DNA of 64,000 bases, from positions 148,864,001 through 148,928,000 of the forward strand of contig CM059431.1 in NCBI GenBank assembly GCA_030390025.1, in the 5' to 3' direction. Numbering within the stretch: the stretch's first letter is position 1; each line of letters opens with the position of its first letter. The position numbers were made by a program, and so were the translations under genes. Below the pieces are notes generated by a model. That model was not told the origin of the DNA and made no database searches. It saw nothing but the letters and a program-made list of their open reading frames with translations. Positions 61,205-64,000 of the stretch are shown piece by piece. The DNA comes from Squalus acanthias. Its lineage: Eukaryota.

Positions 61205-61630
61205 AAGGAAAGTCTTTCACGACCACCCGACGTCTCAAATCGCTTTACAGCCAATGAGTACTTTTGATGTGTAGTCACTACTGTATTGTAGGAAACGCGG
61301 CAGCCAATTTGCGCACAGCAAGCTCCCACAAACAGCAATGTGTTAATGACCAGATAATCTGATTTGTTATTTTGATTGAGGGATAAATATTTGCTAGGGC
61401 ACCTCACATCGAAATAGTGCCATGGGCATTTTTACCTCCACCTCAGGGAGCAGACGGGGCCTCCGTTTAACGTCTCATCCGAAAGACGGTACCACCGACA
61501 TTGCAGCACTCCCGCAGCACTGCACTGGAGTGTCAGCATAGTTTTATGTGCTCAGGTCCCTAGAATGGGACTTGAACCCACAACCTTCTGACTCAGAGGT
61601 GAGTGCACAACCAACTGAGACACAGCTGAC
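61205..61630 (-). mobile_element. DeuSINE (SacSINE1-like), unexpanded copy, inserted in a CR1 fragment
   Basis: Deu domain and tRNA head (gggacttgaacccacaacc...); candidate TSD aaaaagga at 61197-61204 and 61631-61638. Confidence 0.85.
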
Positions 61631-61789
61631 AAAAAGGACGAGACTCGCAAATTTAGGGCCCACTGGATGTCAAGAAGTATACGGGGAAGAAGATGGGAAA
61701 TAAGGGAAGCTTTTGTCAGATGCTGAGAGCCCACTGCTACAGAAAGCCTAGAGCAGTAAAGTAAGTGTAAGGGTTTCATCGGATTACCT

Positions 61790-62880
61790 AGGATTATATA
61801 GGATATTCGGGACAGAAACAGGGTATATGACACAATCAGTCTAGGCCTGTGTTTATGCTCCACTCGAGCCTCCTCCCGTCTTTCCTCATCTAATTCTATC
61901 AGCATAACCCTCTATTCCCTTCTCCCTTTTAAGCTTATCTAACAGCCCCTTAAATGCATCTATACTATTCGCTTCAGCCACTCCCTATGGTTGCGAGTTC
62001 CACATTCTCACCACTCTCTGGGTAAATAAGTTTATTCTGCATTCGCTATTTGATTTTTTTGGTGATTATCTTATATTATTGACCTCTAGTTTTGCTCTTC
62101 CCAAAGTGGAAACATTCAAACTGCATTTACGCTGCATTTACTCTGCAAATCCTTTCATGATTTAAGGACCTCTATTAGGTCACCCCTCAGCCTTTTGTTT
62201 TCAAGTGAAAAGATACCCAGTGTGTTCATCCTTTCATGATAGGTGTAGCCTCGCATTTCTGGTATCATCTTTGTAAATCTTCTCAGCACCCTCTCCAGTG
62301 CCTCTATATCCTTTTTTATAATATTGCGACCAGAAATGCACATAGTAATCCAAGTGTGTTCTAAGCAAGTCCACAGCAATGTTCGATACAAGTTTGGCAT
62401 AACTTCACTCCTCTTCAATTCTATCACTCTGGAAAAAAACAAAGTGCTTGGTTTGCTTTTTGTATGGCCTTTTTAACCTGTGTCGATACTTTTCATCGAT
62501 TTGTATATTTGTACTCCTAGATACCTTTGCACCTCTGCCCCATTTTGGATTCTTATTTTCCAAGTAATATGTGACCTTCCTATTTGTCTTACCAAAATGT
62601 AATGCCTCACATTTATCTGTGTTGAATTTCATTCGCTAATTATATGCCAATTCTGCAAGTTTATTAAGGTATTTTTGTAATTTGTTGCTGTCCTCCTCAG
62701 TGTTGGCCATCCCCTCCAAATTCGTGTCGTCCACACATTTTGAAATTATGTTTTTGGTTCCAAAATCTAAATCGCTAATATAAGTTATGAATAACAGTGG
62801 TCCCAGCAGTGATCCATGTAAAACACCACTACCCACCTTCTGCCACGCTGATTAGCTATCCTTTATCCCTACTCTCTGCC
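61790..62880 (-). mobile_element. CR1 LINE 3' portion
   Basis: ORFs 62155-62442, 62405-62632 and 62636-62836 (SGVLHGSLLGP...CVDD). Confidence 0.88.
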
Positions 62881-63159
62881 AACTCGATATTGCTGCCTGT
62901 GTTATTATCCTCTCCATCGCTTCGTGGCCCTATTCCCATCAAAACATTCCTTTATCTATTGATATGCCTGTAAAATATTTAACTTTTTTTCGTTCCTTCA
63001 TAATTTAATTTATTTGTTCATGTTTGTCTTCCTAATTGTTATTTTTTACTTCTCTTCTAAACCCTTCATATTCTCACTTGCCATACTCTCCCCTGCTGTC
63101 CATGTAGTTAATGTATGCCGCTTTCCTTCTGCTCATTTTTTACATTATGGCTTTATTCA

Positions 63160-64000
63160 TACACAGTGAAATGGCTGAACAATTAAATACATACTTTCGC
63201 TCTGTCTTCACAAAGGAGAACACAAATAACCTCCCAGAGATGTCGGGGAACATAGCGTCGAATGAGAGGGAGGAACTGAATGAAATCAGTATTTGTAGGG
63301 AAATGGTGTTAGGGAAATTGACGGCATTAAAGGCCAATAAATTCTCAGGGCCTGATGATCTACATCCTAGGCTACTTAAGGAATTGGCCCTAGAAATAGT
63401 AGATGCATTGCTGGTCATCTTCCAAAATTCTATAGACTCTGGAACAGTTCCCATGGATTGGAGGGTAGCTAATGTTACCCCACTGTTCAAAAAATGTGGT
63501 AAAGAAAAAACTGGGAATTAAGGTAAGCCTGACATCGGTAGTGGAGAAAATGCTAGCGTCCATTATAAAAGATGAAATAGCAGAGCACTTGGAAAACAGT
63601 GACAGGATTGGACAAAGTCAACCTGGATTTACAAAAGGTAAATCCTGCTTGACTAATCTACTGGAATTTTTGGAGGATGTAACTGATAGAATAGTTAAGG
63701 AGAACCAGTGGCTGTGGTGTATTTGGACTTTCAGAAGGCTTTCGATAAGGTCCCGCATAAGAGATTAGCATGTAAAGTTAAGGCACATGGGATTGGGTGC
63801 AAGGTACTGACTTGGATAGAGAACTGGTTGGCAGACAGGAAGCAAAGATTTGGAATAAAGGGGTATTTTTCCGAGTGGCAGGCAGTGACCAGTGGGGTTC
63901 CGCAGGGATCGGTCCTAGGACCCCAGCTATTCACTATATATATTAATGACCTAGACGAGGGAACTAGATGTAATATCTCCAGGTTTGCAGATGACACAAA
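63160..64000 (+). mobile_element. CR1 LINE ORF2 fragment, runs off the window end
   Basis: EMAEQLNTYFRSVFT...GPDDLHPR...[14 protein letters not shown]...RFADD. Confidence 0.92.

Overview
Eukaryotic, repeat-dense vertebrate DNA, very probably from a shark or other elasmobranch (HE1/V-SINE, DeuSINE of the SacSINE1 type, and CR1 families typical of sharks). Most of the window is decayed retroelements: many CR1 LINEs including one near full-length copy, a second CR1/L2-group LINE family, L2 fragments, a near full-length RTE LINE, Penelope-derived pieces and solo LTRs. It also holds a Harbinger DNA transposon and at least seven tandem-repeat families. Among these repeats are three paralogous first exons of GPR139/GPR142-like class A GPCR genes. 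Each has a homologous promoter module, ends mid-TM1 (YYPL.AAV.V.) at a phase-1 GTAAG donor, and is followed by ~100-bp degenerate copies of that donor. Exon A is at 22366-22186 (-), exon B at 59511-59691 (+), and exon C at 1547-377 (-), where it is split by a Penelope insertion. I found no 7TM-coding second exon anywhere in the window, including the ~20 kb between A and C. This raises the possibility of several variable first exons sharing one downstream exon. Other notable items are an intact minimal hammerhead ribozyme in a 241-bp insert flanked by a target-site duplication (TSD), a minisatellite that arose inside a DeuSINE, and a solo LTR copied by higher-order satellite duplication. All assignments were made by eye and from recall, without database searches.
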